Assembly (NCBI RefSeq): GCF_018977255.1
Contig: NW_024704743.1
Coordinates: 32,180,001 to 32,244,000 of the forward strand
Reading direction: 5' to 3'
Origin: Callorhinchus milii
Taxonomy: Eukaryota
DNA length: 64,000 nt
Shown one piece after another: positions 25,340 through 37,314 of the stretch (positions are counted from its first letter, which is position 1; each line of letters opens with the position of its first letter). The position numbers and the translations under genes were made by a program. The notes beneath the pieces are model-generated. The model was not told the DNA's origin. It worked only from the letters and a program-made list of their open reading frames with translations, and ran no database searches.

Positions 25340-25660
25340 GGAGTCCTGTAGCTCAGTGGTAAGAGCACTTGCTTTGCAAATGAGACACCTGGGTCCAATT
25401 ACAGGCAGGGCGAAACCTTGGACAAGTTTCCTTACTCCACTCGCCTAATAATAATCCCTCCAAAGAACAAAACAATAATAAAAAAAATTGGTCATTTTCA
25501 ATCCACGACTGTTTGTGGGACACTGCTGTGCGCAATTGGCTGCCACGTTTCACCCACAAATATATGGTCAATTCACTTTATAGTCTATTCTGTGAAGCGC
25601 TTTGAGACATCGAGAAGACGTGAAAAGTGCTATATCAAGTGCAAGGATTATTATTATTAT
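25340..25660 (+). mobile_element. SINE family B (short form)
   Basis: Same head, body and (ATT)n tail. Confidence 0.9.
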
Positions 25661-27699
25661 CATTAAGGCCCTTCAATCCATTTCAGTTCATTCTTCCAGA
25701 ATGCCCACCCTACTGTCCTCCCATTATTGCATCAAGCAGTTTGTTAGATGAGTGTAGTGGCCTCTACCAAATAGATGTCAAGAGAGCAATGAAGGAATAT
25801 CAGACAATGTTTTGTTATTGAGGAAGATTACCCCCCACCCACCCACCCCCATTCTCCTCTCCTCCACCCCTCTATTCCCTTTTACTCTGCCCCTCTATTC
25901 CTCTTTCCCCTACCCCTCTATTCCCTTCAAACTCATATATGCATCAAGTTTTTTCTTAAATATATTAATGCTAATTGCTTCAGCCACAGCTTCCAGTGAG
26001 TTTCTCTTTCTCAGCATCCTCTGCATGAGGAAGTTGCTCTTAAACTCCCATTTAGATCTAATACTACCTCTCTTATATCTATGCCCTCATGCTTTGTGGA
26101 AACAGTCTATCAATATCCATTTGATTGAATCCTTTCATAAACTCTAAGAATTTGCCAAATTCTGGACATTCTAAAATATTACATAAACAGAGTTAATAAT
26201 AATAATAATAATAGTAATCCTTGCATTTGATATAGTGCCTTATCTCATCATTGAGTTATCTCAAAGCACTTCACAGAATATATTGTAAAGTAGACTGAAT
26301 GTGTGTATTTTGTGGGTGAAACGTGGTAGCCAATTGGGATTTCTTCCCAACAGTCTTGACCAGGTACCACGGCATTGTTTCCTCATTACTCCAGAACAGC
26401 CATGTCTGCCAAACTGGGAAGTTCAGACTCCAGTTAACATCAATTACTTTCATTAAACAGCTGCAGGGAGGGCCAGCGATGTTCTAATATTGTTGAGCAG
26501 AACATCCCAGCAATCTGCTGTTTTTCATCTGAACCAGTAACATTCCCACCCTTTGTTCATTTATTCTTCGTGGTCAATTATCCTGAGCATTGAAGACCAC
26601 CATGAAATCTGGCCTAAGTTCCTAGTGAAAATTATGTGTAATACATTGTTTCTCAGTGCTCTGCGTTCTCTACTCAGCCAAAGTAAGCTATACATCATGC
26701 TGTTAAAAATTTCCAAAGAAGGAGGGCAATCTTGTGGTCTCATTATTCTTCACATTCTCCATGAGCCAGGTAGCTGTAATGTGCAGTGGACTGCTGTTTT
26801 CACAGTGAAGAGAACCAGCCTTCTTGCCAGATATTAGAATAAACAGCGAGAATAAATAGCATCATTGCTCATTCTAGCTGAAGCCCATGAGTCCTTTAAA
26901 TAAAATGTTATGCGGCCAGCAGGTGAAGTCTGCCTTAAGAGGGTTTGGCATGGATTCAGTTGCAATAAGTTCTACTGAAGTTCTTTGGTTCATCAGACAT
27001 GTGCTTCAGTTGGCTTGAATACAGAGTCTTCAGGTGCCTGGCATCTCCAGCTACATGGATCTGGTAACCACAGTCATGTTGTCTTCACACTGCTTCATTG
27101 TTAATATTTTTGCATCAGCCACGTAATTACAGTTTATTCTCATCAACTTTTTTTACTTTTCTCTGGGAAACATTTTAACAGTTTTGCTACAAGTGTCTGT
27201 TGTGTGTGTGTATGTTATACAGTACTATAGTTGGTGTACTGATCATGCTTTTGCATCATTCATGTAGTTGCAGTTTATGCTCATTGCCTTTTTTTCAAAA
27301 AGAGCTCTTGTTCCCATGACTAATGTATTTAGAAAGTCCTTTTATTGACTTTTTGGACCCCTCTCTCTCCCAATCCACACATTAATAATTCCTGAGGTGA
27401 GAAGACAGACTTTGCAAATACTTGTATTTATATTAAGCCTTTTACATAAATTAAGACTTCATAGTATTTGATAGATGGAATGGTGAACACTGAGGACAGA
27501 AAAGAGAAAATTAAAAATGTTGACCAAAGACATAGGCTAAGTTATATGTGTTCAGGAGGTTTTTGAAAACAAGGAGGGATCTAGAAAAAGGTCAAGCAGG
27601 CTGGATGGGCTGAATTGTCGCTTCCTTTTCATGTTTTCTTATGTTCCTATTTGTGGCCCGTTTCTTTTTTTAAAAAAAAGTTGCATTTCATGTCTGGAG

Positions 27700-28072
27700 G
27701 ATACCTCAAATTGCTTCATAGGATTTACTGTAATACGTAGTGACTGTGTATTTTGCAGGTGAATGTGGCAGTCAAGTTATGCATAAACAGACACAAAGTG
27801 AACAACCAATCCTATATATGGGATTGTTGGCCAGGACACCAGAAGAATCTTCCTATCTTTTTGAATAGTGCCATGCGATCTGTAATATCCACCTGACCAG
27901 GCAGACAGGGCCTTGCTTTAACATCTCATGCAAGGGACGACACCTCCAACAATGCAAACCCACCACCACCCCAGGACTGCATTTGCTATCTTAGACTATG
28001 TGAGTTCAAAGTCCCAACATGGCACCACCTTTGAACTAGAGGAGAGAATGATATCAACTGAGCCAGGCTGAC
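27700..28072 (-). mobile_element. DeuSINE-like element
   Basis: Reverse complement of family A body and head (ggccaggacacc...atccacctga...caactgagcc). Confidence 0.72.
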
Positions 28073-29214
28073 ACATTCTTCAGGATGGTGTTTCTAAGGG
28101 CAGCACATCGATGAGCAACAGGAAAGGACTATAAATAGAGCTCAACAGGACACCAGAGGTCACTATCTGAGTGAAGCAGGAGAACTAATTGGAAGAGATG
28201 TACTGCTGAAGACAGGACTAGCAGAAGAAAAAATATGAAAGAAACACTTCCCTGTGAAATATAAACAGATGTTTCACACTTAGCAATTACCTGCTTTGAT
28301 AACACATTAGCAAGTACTGTATTTTAATTGAACAATTTGTAAAGTAACATTTAGTTTTCTCTTGTCATGTGCCTTAATTGTAAATTACTTAAAAACATCA
28401 AGATTTGTTATATTCCTTTGGAGAGAATGTGCCCACCCTTACATTGGACGGTGAAAAAAAAATATTTTTTCCCCTTTTGTCAATTGGTAGGATAAACCCA
28501 ATATCACTATTTTGCTTAACAAAAACTGTCTGTGGGATTGAATTGGCTGTACTTCTTAACAGGATTTCTTATTAATAATTCTTATTTCTTATTACTGTTA
28601 TGAAATGCTGAAAATTAAACTTGTGTTTTTATGACAGCCTTCAAAGAAAGAAATTAAATAGCAAATAGAAACAATAAATTGTCACCATAATTGAACAATT
28701 ATAACAGAATGACACAATCTAAAGTGCCTTCCAAGGCACTCATGCATCCTAGGGGCTGAGACAAAGTAATCTTGTCTCACTTTACTTTTGTAATTTATGT
28801 CTATATCCCTTTTGTTCTGATACTTTTGCAGCAGACTACATGTTATCCTACCTACAATATACACCAATATTTGGTGATAACATTGAAACATTACCAAGAA
28901 TTCCATGCATGAACAAAGAAGCGAGTATTATTAAGATAACCAATACCATGGCTGAAATCAGATCTCAGAATTCAGGTGACAGTTATAAAATCACTTCAAC
29001 TGCACTCTGATATCTCATCTTGTGAATCTCTCGATCTGTTGAGAGTCCTATAACTTATTCACACATCTCTATTTTCTCAAGAAAGAACATATAGCACCTT
29101 ATCATGTTGAAACCCAAAAGATTATATACAAATGCAAGTTAATGTTGTGTTGAAATGTCTCAAAGTGTTTTGAAGGTATTGTCAAGAGTAGCAACTAGTT
29201 TTGCATTTAATCCC

Positions 29215-29593
29215 ACTATAATCTTGCCTCTGAAACAGAAGGTTGTGGGTTCAAACCCTAAAATTGGATGTGGAATACATATAATACATGTTGACACTGC
29301 AATGCAGTGTTGGGGGTGTGCTGCATTGTTGTATGTGACATCCTTTGGTTGAGATGTTAAACTAAGGTCTTCCAAAACCTGTTTCACCTGGTGTCCTGGC
29401 CAACAATCCCCTAAATAAAATTGGTCACTGACTTTATGGCTATTTGGGGGATATTTCTGCACAAATTGGCTGCTGCATTTAGCCACAAAATACACATTGT
29501 TACACCACTTTACAATATTGCCTGTGAAGCACTTTGAGATGTCTCAATGACATGATAAGGTTCAACATCAAAATGCAAGGATTATTATTATTA
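29215..29593 (+). mobile_element. DeuSINE-like element
   Basis: Same head, body and (ATT)n tail as the 10125 copy. Confidence 0.78.
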
Positions 29594-31409
29594 TGAATTC
29601 TGAAAATTGTAACTGTTATTAATTTAGAACATGCTGGCTATTTTTCTGTAATTTTGTACTTTAGAATTTGCTACACATTTGATGCCATATGTTTATTGCT
29701 TTCTATTTACAAACAGCCTATTCACCATTGTCACATTGTCTGCATTGTTCACCATGATTGAAAGAAGGGATTTTTTAAGCATATATTATAAAATAGCAGA
29801 TGGCCAAGGAATAAATGAATGCATTTGGGATTTAGCGTAGTATGTATGGTAGCACTGCCCTAAATTGCAACCTGTATTCGAAAAATTGTTTTCACTGAAT
29901 ATGATTCATGGCAGCAGCTTGCTGTGAATTTGCTGGTTATTATTTACTACGTCTTAAAAGGAAAAGTTGCTCTGCAGAAAAGCACTTTCCCCAAAATTTT
30001 ATGGAATGTACTTATGGAAGAGATCTTGGGCAGCCTCTTGGAGACTTGCCAATGCGGTGTTCTGCCTTCTTACTGGATCTGGACACCAATCCATCTGCAT
30101 TAGTTATGCTAATCAGCTCTAGCCTATCCAGATATGAGTTAGAGTTAGTATAATAATACACATGGCTTTGTGGTTATTTGGACATTACTTCAGTTTGATC
30201 CTTGAATTATTCATTGTCAGCAGAATTAAGCCTTAATATGATTTTTGCTGTCATTCTATTTCAAATTTATCATCAAATTTACAGTGCAGTTTTTTGTGGT
30301 TTGGTTTTGCTACAAACCCCACCCTCACCACTACATTTTAATAGTTAAATGTGTTATATATCTAAGACTTAATCTTGCAGAGACTATCTTGAAATCTTCA
30401 AGACCAAGAGAACCGACATAAAGAAAATTCTGCAGTATATTTATCTTCTTACGCGAATCAATGCAAATAAATAATACAGCTGTTGAAGCTGACAAAATCT
30501 AGATCACATTTGAGTTTTGTTCTCAATGTAGCAATACTGTACTTTACCATCTCAGAAGAGAAAGTCTAGCACTCTGAGGCATGAACCACATGAAGGGTGC
30601 TATATAAATGTAAATTCTTGTTGTTGTCCTGGATTATGATGAAACTTTAAATTTCCACATAATTAGTAAACAATAAACGACAACAATAGAATGAAACCTT
30701 TGCAGAATAAATTGTTTAGGGAAAAAGGTTGGGTTGGAGAGTTGACAGAACACTGAAATTGTAGTTACATTGTAGACTCAGTATAGTTGCGAGTGGAATA
30801 TTGTAGCCAGTGTAGGTTACCATACTTATAAATAGATAAAGATACAAAGAAAGGGATTCAAAAAAGGGCAGTGACCAGAGTTCCAAGTTTCGGATTAAAT
30901 AACTTTGTTACCCTACCTGTGCCCTTTTGGCCTGCTATCTTGGTGCTTCTGAAAGTAATTTATTTTCTCAATTCCATTTAAAAGTCTTCTCTACCTCTAT
31001 AAGACTCCTTCTGAGACATCTCTTTTCAAGACTAAAGAGTTCTAACTTGTCAAATCAATGCTTATTCCTCTAATACTGGTGAATCATTCTCTGCAGCGCC
31101 TCGAGAACCTGGGCAGCCCGTTCCGTCATGCAGGTCAGAACTGTACATGATACTCTTGGTCTCATGTTACTCATGGCACTGTACAGCTTGAGCATAACTT
31201 CTGAGGATCTAAACTCAACTGATATGGCAATATAGCCTTGTTCACTCTTGCTTTACATTGTTTTGATATAGTGAGTGATGAGTCAACTAATACCCCTAAA
31301 TTTATTCCAGCTCCCCCCACCCCGCACCCATGCGAGTCCCTAAATAGGGCTCGTCATTAAAGACCTAGCCATTTTAGTGAGCAGAAGTTTAACCAACATA
31401 GAGATAGGT

Positions 31410-32150
31410 AGAATGTACAACACAGAAACAAGACATTCAGCACAACCAGTGCATGTTGGTGTTTTCACTCCACTTGACTCTCCACTCACTCCTTCAATCA
31501 AAATTAAGTTCCTCATCCTAACTTTTAAAACCCTCCATGATCTTGCCCCACCCTACCTCTGCAACCTGCTGAAACATTACCAGCCTGCCACTCCCTCTGC
31601 TCGGCAGGCACTGGCTTGCTTTATGTCCCCCACCCTGCCTGCTCCTCTATCAGCAGGCAAGCCTTCAGCCTTTCTGCCCCCACCCCACTCCATCCCAGAA
31701 TCCCTTCACCTCAACCCTTCCCTTTCCCTTCTTCAGCGTCCATCTCAAGACCTTCCTCTTTGACTGTACCTTTGGCCACTTCCCACTCTCATTCCCCTTG
31801 CCCTCACCCCTCTTGAATCCAATGCCCAGCTTGGATGCAATTCCGGGACTGTCCAGTACCTTGGAATGTCATCCCAACATGAACGACATTATATAAATGA
31901 ATTGTTGTTGTTGTTGTTATATTCCTCTCTCCCTATTGTGAAGATCTAGCTTCCTCTTGAATGCATCCACATTATCTGATTCAACAACTGCTTCAGGCAG
32001 TGAGTTCCACATTCTCACTGTCCTCTGCAGGAAGTAGTTCCTTCTAAATTCTTTTTTAAATCCCCTCATAGCTACTTGTGTCCCCTGGTTACAGACACCC
32101 AACAAGTTGGAATATTCTATTGATATTGACCTTTTTGAACCCTTAATATC
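31410..32150 (-). mobile_element. CR1 3' end with nested opposite-strand L2 3' fragment (about 31496-31918)
   Basis: FRRNYFLQRTVRMWNSLPEAVVE on minus; IKFLILTFKTLHDLAPPYL and (GTT)n on plus. Confidence 0.82.
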
Positions 32151-32254
32151 TCAATGATATGATAACGACTATATCAAATGCAAGAATAATTAAATCAACT
32201 TGGCAGAGACACCCTTCAATTATAGGTGATTTTTATGGTAAAAAGTTAACTTTT

Positions 32255-33447
32255 GAGGATGATGATGATGATGGTGTTTGCTGGTGATGCTGATGGTGAC
32301 AGTGGTGATGGTGTTTACTGGTGATGATGATGATGATGATGGTGGTGATGGTGTTTGCTGGTGGTGATGATGATGGTGATGTTTGCTGATGATGATGATG
32401 CCATTTGCCGGTGGTGATGGTGATGATGATGGTGTTTGCTGGTGGTGGTGGTGGTGATGATGATGATGGTGTTTGCTGGTGATGATGATGGTGATGGTGT
32501 TTGCTGGTGATGATGATGGTGATGGTGTTTGCTGGTGATGATGATGGTGATGGTGTTTGCTGGTGATGATAATGATGGTGGTGGTGATGGTGTTTACTGG
32601 TGGTGATGATGATGGCGATGATGATGATGGGGTTTGCTGGTGATGATGATGTTTGCTGTGATGGTGTTTTCTGGTGATGATGATGGTGTTTGCTGGTAAT
32701 GGTGATGATGATGATGATGGTGATGATGGTGATGATGATGGTGGTGATGATGGTGGTGACGATGATGATGGTGGTGGTGGTGATGATGATGATGGTGGTG
32801 GTGATGGTGGTAGTGATGATGATGATGATGATGATGATGTTGGTGGTGGTGATGGTGATGGTGGTAGTGATGATGATGATGATGGTGTTAGCCAGTGGTG
32901 ATGATGATGATGGTGATGGTGTTAACCGGTGGTGATGATGATGATGGTGATGATGGTGATGGTGATGATGATGATGGTGATGATGGTGATGATGGTGATG
33001 ATGGTGAGGATGATGATGATGATGGTGATGGTGTTAACCGGTGGTGATGATGGTGGTGATGGTGATGATGGTGATGATGGTGAGGATGATGATGGTGATG
33101 ATGGTGAGGGTGATGATGGTGATGATGGTGATGATGATGGTGATGATGAGGATGGTGATGATGATGATGGTGATGATGGTGATGATGGTGATGGTGATGA
33201 TGATGATGGTGATGATGAGGATGGTGATGATGATGGTGATGATGGTGATGATGATGATGGTGATGATGATGATGGTGAGGATGATGGTGAGGATGATGAT
33301 GGTGATGATGAGGATGGTGATGATGATGGTGATGATGGTGAGGATGATGATGGTGATGATGGTGATGATGGTGATGGTGATGATGATGAGGATGATGGTG
33401 ATGATGATGATGGTGATGATGATAATGATAATGATAATGACGGTGAC
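32255..33447. repeat. Compound (GAT/GGT/GAG)n triplet array with embedded GTTTGCT- and GTTAACC-containing minisatellite units
   Basis: Directly visible about 1.2 kb low-complexity tract. Confidence 0.97.
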
Positions 33448-33673
33448 GGGCGGCGGTAGCCGAGTCCATTCGGTAGTTTCCGTGGCCCTGGCTGCTGCGG
33501 GGGGGGGAGAGGGGGAGAGGGAGAGAGAGGAGCACTCGGGCATTTCCGTGGAGAGCCACAGCCTCCAGCAGCCGAGTCGGTGAAGCGGGGACCTGATCGC
33601 TGTGGCTGTAACATGGCGGCGGCGAAGGGAGACCACTGCAACATCTTCGATTAAAAACTCTCAGCCTTTTGCA

Positions 33674-33796
33674 CCCCCCCTGCCCCCCTGCCCTGCCCTG
33701 CCTGCCCTGCCCTGCCCCCCCCTGCCCTGCCTGCCCTGCCCTGCCTGCCCTGCCTGCCCTGCCCCCCCTGCCCTGCCCTGCCCTGCCTGCCTGCCC
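33674..33796 (+). repeat. (CCCTG/CCTG)n tandem repeat
   Basis: Directly visible. Confidence 0.95.
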
Positions 33797-34012
33797 GGCC
33801 ATGGAGCCCCGCTTCACCTCCACACCCCGGTGCCTGGGAACGCAGAGAGAGGGTTTGCAGCAGTCGGAGGAGGAGGAGGAGGAGCAGCTGAAGGAATAAG
33901 TAAAGTTGCAGAGCCCTCTCGACCAGCGGAGCGGGAGGGGGGAATTTTTTCCTTCTTTTTTTTTCAAACCCCCCTCCTCCACCCCCCCCCAGGAAAAAGT
34001 CGGTGAAAAAAA

Positions 34013-34067
34013 ATGTCGGGCTCCAAGGTGAAAGTGGCAGTGAGGGTCCGGCCGATGAACCGACGAG
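34013..34067 (+). CDS. KIF13A: Kinesin-3 KIF13A, coding exon 1
   Basis: MSGSKVKVAVRVRPMNRR(E); donor G|gtgagc; 55 nt. Confidence 0.96.
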
Positions 34068-34319
34068 GTGAGCGGCAATAACTATCTATAATATATATAT
34101 ATATATGTATCTATATATATATATATATATATTAGCGATTATATTCGCAAACTCTGCTCTTTTCTGGGGTGTTTTTTTTTGCTGCTGAAGCTCACGGGGT
34201 TATTGCTGGCGCTGTGTGTGTGTGTGTGAGTGAGAGGGGGGAGACACGGGCAGAGCTGAGAGATTCACATTCAAAGACTTGTCCCCCCCCCCCCCCACCC
34301 CCACCCCCATGTTCTGCAG

Positions 34320-34416
34320 AAATTGAACTCAACACAAAGTGTGTGGTGGAAATGGAAGAGAATCAGACCGTCCTTCACCCACCGCCTTCCACCAACGCGA
34401 CCAAGGGAGACAACAG
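34320..34416 (+). CDS. KIF13A: KIF13A coding exon 2 (gene continues beyond the window)
   Basis: ctgcag|(E)IELNTKCVVEMEENQTVLHPPPSTNATKGDN(R)|gtaacc; ELNTKCVVEME.NQTVLHPPPS is KIF13A-type rather than KIF13B; synteny agrees. Confidence 0.95.
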
Positions 34417-35937
34417 GTAACCAGCACCGCGTATCCGTGCAAACTTCCCCCCTTCAAAGCCTCCTATTAATCCTTCCTCATCCCCCCCACCACCCTCACC
34501 CCCTCCTCTCCAACCCCCTCATTTTTGCCAAACAATAACCCTTCTCACTTTCTGCCCCCCACCACCACCACCCCCTCACCCCGCACATGCCCTGGTCAGA
34601 TGCCCTCTGCATTAAGTCGGGGCTTCCCTGTACTGTATTATTAGTGCAGATTATATTGTATTATTCAGTGCCTCTTATTAATAATCATGCACTTTTTCTT
34701 ATTGCAAAGTCAACCCCCATTTGGCTTTCTCTCCCCCCCCCCCCCCCCCTTTGCCCATATGCCCAGTGCTATTAGCAGGGCGGGCTTTTTTAATCTTATA
34801 GTTGTTTTACACATGATTTAACTTATGCTCACGCTGCAAAGTGAATTTACAGATGCAATAACAGACCGAGCTTTGCACTAACCGCGATCCACATCCCAAA
34901 CTGGAAATCAGGGATAACAAAATCTGTTATTCTCATTAAAATTGGGGGTGGGGGGGGGGGGGGGGGAGGAAGGGAGGAGGAGGAGGAGGAGGTGGTGGTG
35001 GTGACAAGACTTGTCTCAGACGATCCAGACTACAAACGGCGCCAGTGTACACTTTCTAGCTGGTCCTGAACTAAATGGATCCGAGATGAAAAGTCAAGCC
35101 TCTTCCTCCCACCCTTGGGTTCGCACTCCGCTTGAAATCGCATTCTTGCAGACAGCGAACGAACTCACGAGCGAGTGAGTGAGCGAAGAGACTTACTTTT
35201 CTGCCCGGTTTTCCCCAACAAGAAAACCACACACACACACACACATACACACACGGCACAAGCCTCGATCCAATACAATCAATTCCGTGGGAAAAGTTTG
35301 CTAATCAAAGGAAAGATGATGTTGGCACACGTCCAAAAAACATTCCGCAGGCAACAGACCATAGAAATTGAAAGAGAAAAAGAAAAGAGGGGGGAAGGGG
35401 GAGGGGGGGGTGGGGGGGGAGGAAAAAGTCTGTCTTTATCGGGAGTGAGAGAAGGAAATGCATATAAAAAGAAAAGATTTGCACATTGTGTGGCGATCAG
35501 ACTGTTGTGCTTGTGAGAGTGAGCAGTGAAGTCAGTGGCACAGAGAAAGAAAGAGAGAGAGAGAGAGGGAGAGAGTGGTTGGGGTGTAATGTCAGGGCTG
35601 ATGGTTAGTCACTGGGTTGGTTATTCCTTGTCCAAGGGATGGTTTCCTCCAGACATTTGCAGGTCCCGAGCACTTGCGGGTTGGCTTTTGTTTTAGAGAG
35701 AGACCGAAAGCGTCTGTTCCTGTGGCTCTTACACAGACTCACACCCAAATAGATCACATCGATCTTCATCAAAAGGCAATAACTGATTCTAGAGGGGTAA
35801 AGGGGGGGGGGGGGGGGAGAGAGAAGGGAAGGAAAGGGGGTAGGGGAGAAGAGAGAGAGAGAGAGAGATCAGGAATCAATGGAGAAATCTTAAAACATTT
35901 GCAAAAATTGGAGGGAGTGGGCTTTCTGCTTTGAAGC

Positions 35938-35970
35938 TGTGTGTGTGTGTGAGTGTGTGTGTGTGTGTGA

Positions 35971-36002
<32 letters not shown>

Positions 36003-36020
36003 GTGTGTGTGAGTGTGTGC
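35938..36020. repeat. (TG)n/(TGAG) microsatellite
   Basis: Directly visible. Confidence 0.95.
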
Positions 36021-36535
36021 CCAGCCTTAAACAGTGCAAGTTTTACACCTCTCTCTGTCTGTTTAGGAGTCGGTTTGGAGCAACACTGAATATTACCGAC
36101 TGAACTCTTTTATCCCCCCAACCCCCTCCGCCCCACCTCAAAGTTGCAAACTTTTTAAGATAACTCGATTAATCCCGGGGCTCTCTCTCTCTCTCTCTCT
36201 CTCACTCACTCTCTCTCTCCCTCTCCCCCCCCCCCTCCTCCTCCCACCTCCCTTAGAACCAGTTATTGGGTTTTGATCAAGATTAATGATCTCTCTCTGT
36301 GTGTGTGTGTGTGTGTGTGTAAGTCACAGTAACAATCCCCTCTTCAGTTGACTGACCTACACGGGAGAGACACACGGCTCTCAATGTACAGCTCAAAAAG
36401 CTCTTCATTCCCACGGAGTGAGTGAGTGAGTGAATGAGTGAGTGAGTGAGTGAGAGTGCAGTGCAGTGTGTAACAGTTTGGAAAAGCAGGTGTGGTTTCT
36501 TTGCCATTGTGGTAAATAAGCGATCGTGTCTCACT

Positions 36536-36723
36536 GGTGTGTGTGGGGGTGTGGGGGGGGGGGGGGGGGGGGGTGGTGGTATGTGTGTGTGGTGGGGGGT
36601 GTGTGTGGGGTGGGGGTGTGGGGTGTGTGTGTGTGGGGTGGGGGGGGTTGTGTGTGTAGGGTGTGGGTGTGTGGGGGGGGGGTGTGTGTGGGGGTGGGGT
36701 GGGGGTGGGGGGTGGGGGGGGGA
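36536..36723. repeat. G/T-only low-complexity tract with many G-runs
   Basis: Directly visible. Confidence 0.93.
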
Positions 36724-37269
36724 GAGAGCTGTGGACTTGACATTGTTAGAGAGTGAGATAAAGCTCAGGATCCAGGTTCTTTGTGATAAGAAGTGACTGA
36801 ACCCCACCGATCTGTATTTAGCTCACAGTTTGTAGGGTAGGGCCTCTCGTAGGTAGTTGCCTCCGGCCACAATGTGAATGCGGTTCAAGATAATGCATAG
36901 TTTGGGGTTAAAAGGTTTCGTAATGACAATATCAAAAGCACAGCTTCTAAATTTAGATCAATTGCAACGAATGGCAACAGAATATTGCTGTGGTGCTTTA
37001 TCGATCGTGTAACATTAACTCCACGCGATCTGGTGTCAGCCTTTTATTTGGACCCTTAATCGAATCGATTTAACTCGAGGCAACATATCTATATAACAGT
37101 GATCAAAGTTTCACTGGGAGTATATTATCAAACACTTTCGTTTTGTCAAACACTGTTATTTCAAGCCTCTGGGACGATATCCCACCTGAAGGGCGCTATA
37201 TAAATGCGAGCTCCAATAATACCAACGTTGCATTATATGAACTACTTTCAGCTATGGAGCAAAAGTCTC

Positions 37270-37314
<45 letters not shown>

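Larger units (their letters stand above)
33440..34080 (+). promoter_or_regulatory. CpG/GC-rich promoter and 5' leader of KIF13A
   Basis: CpG-dense relative to flanks; YY1-like AACATGGCGGC at about 33610-33620; immediately precedes the KIF13A ATG. Confidence 0.7.

Noticed and set aside
32255..32700. Repeat-spacer look (GGTGTTTGCTGGTG units) suggestive of a CRISPR array
   Set aside because: Spacers are just variable GAT/GGT runs rather than unique sequences; vertebrate DNA; no cas genes
32674..33644. Long poly-Asp/Gly, poly-Met/Val, poly-Ser/Pro and poly-Ile/Thr ORFs
   Set aside because: By-products of a triplet repeat lacking stops in several frames; no domain or splice evidence
36283..36807. 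Pro/His/Thr- and Gly/Val/Cys-rich ORFs
   Set aside because: Translation of a G/T low-complexity tract
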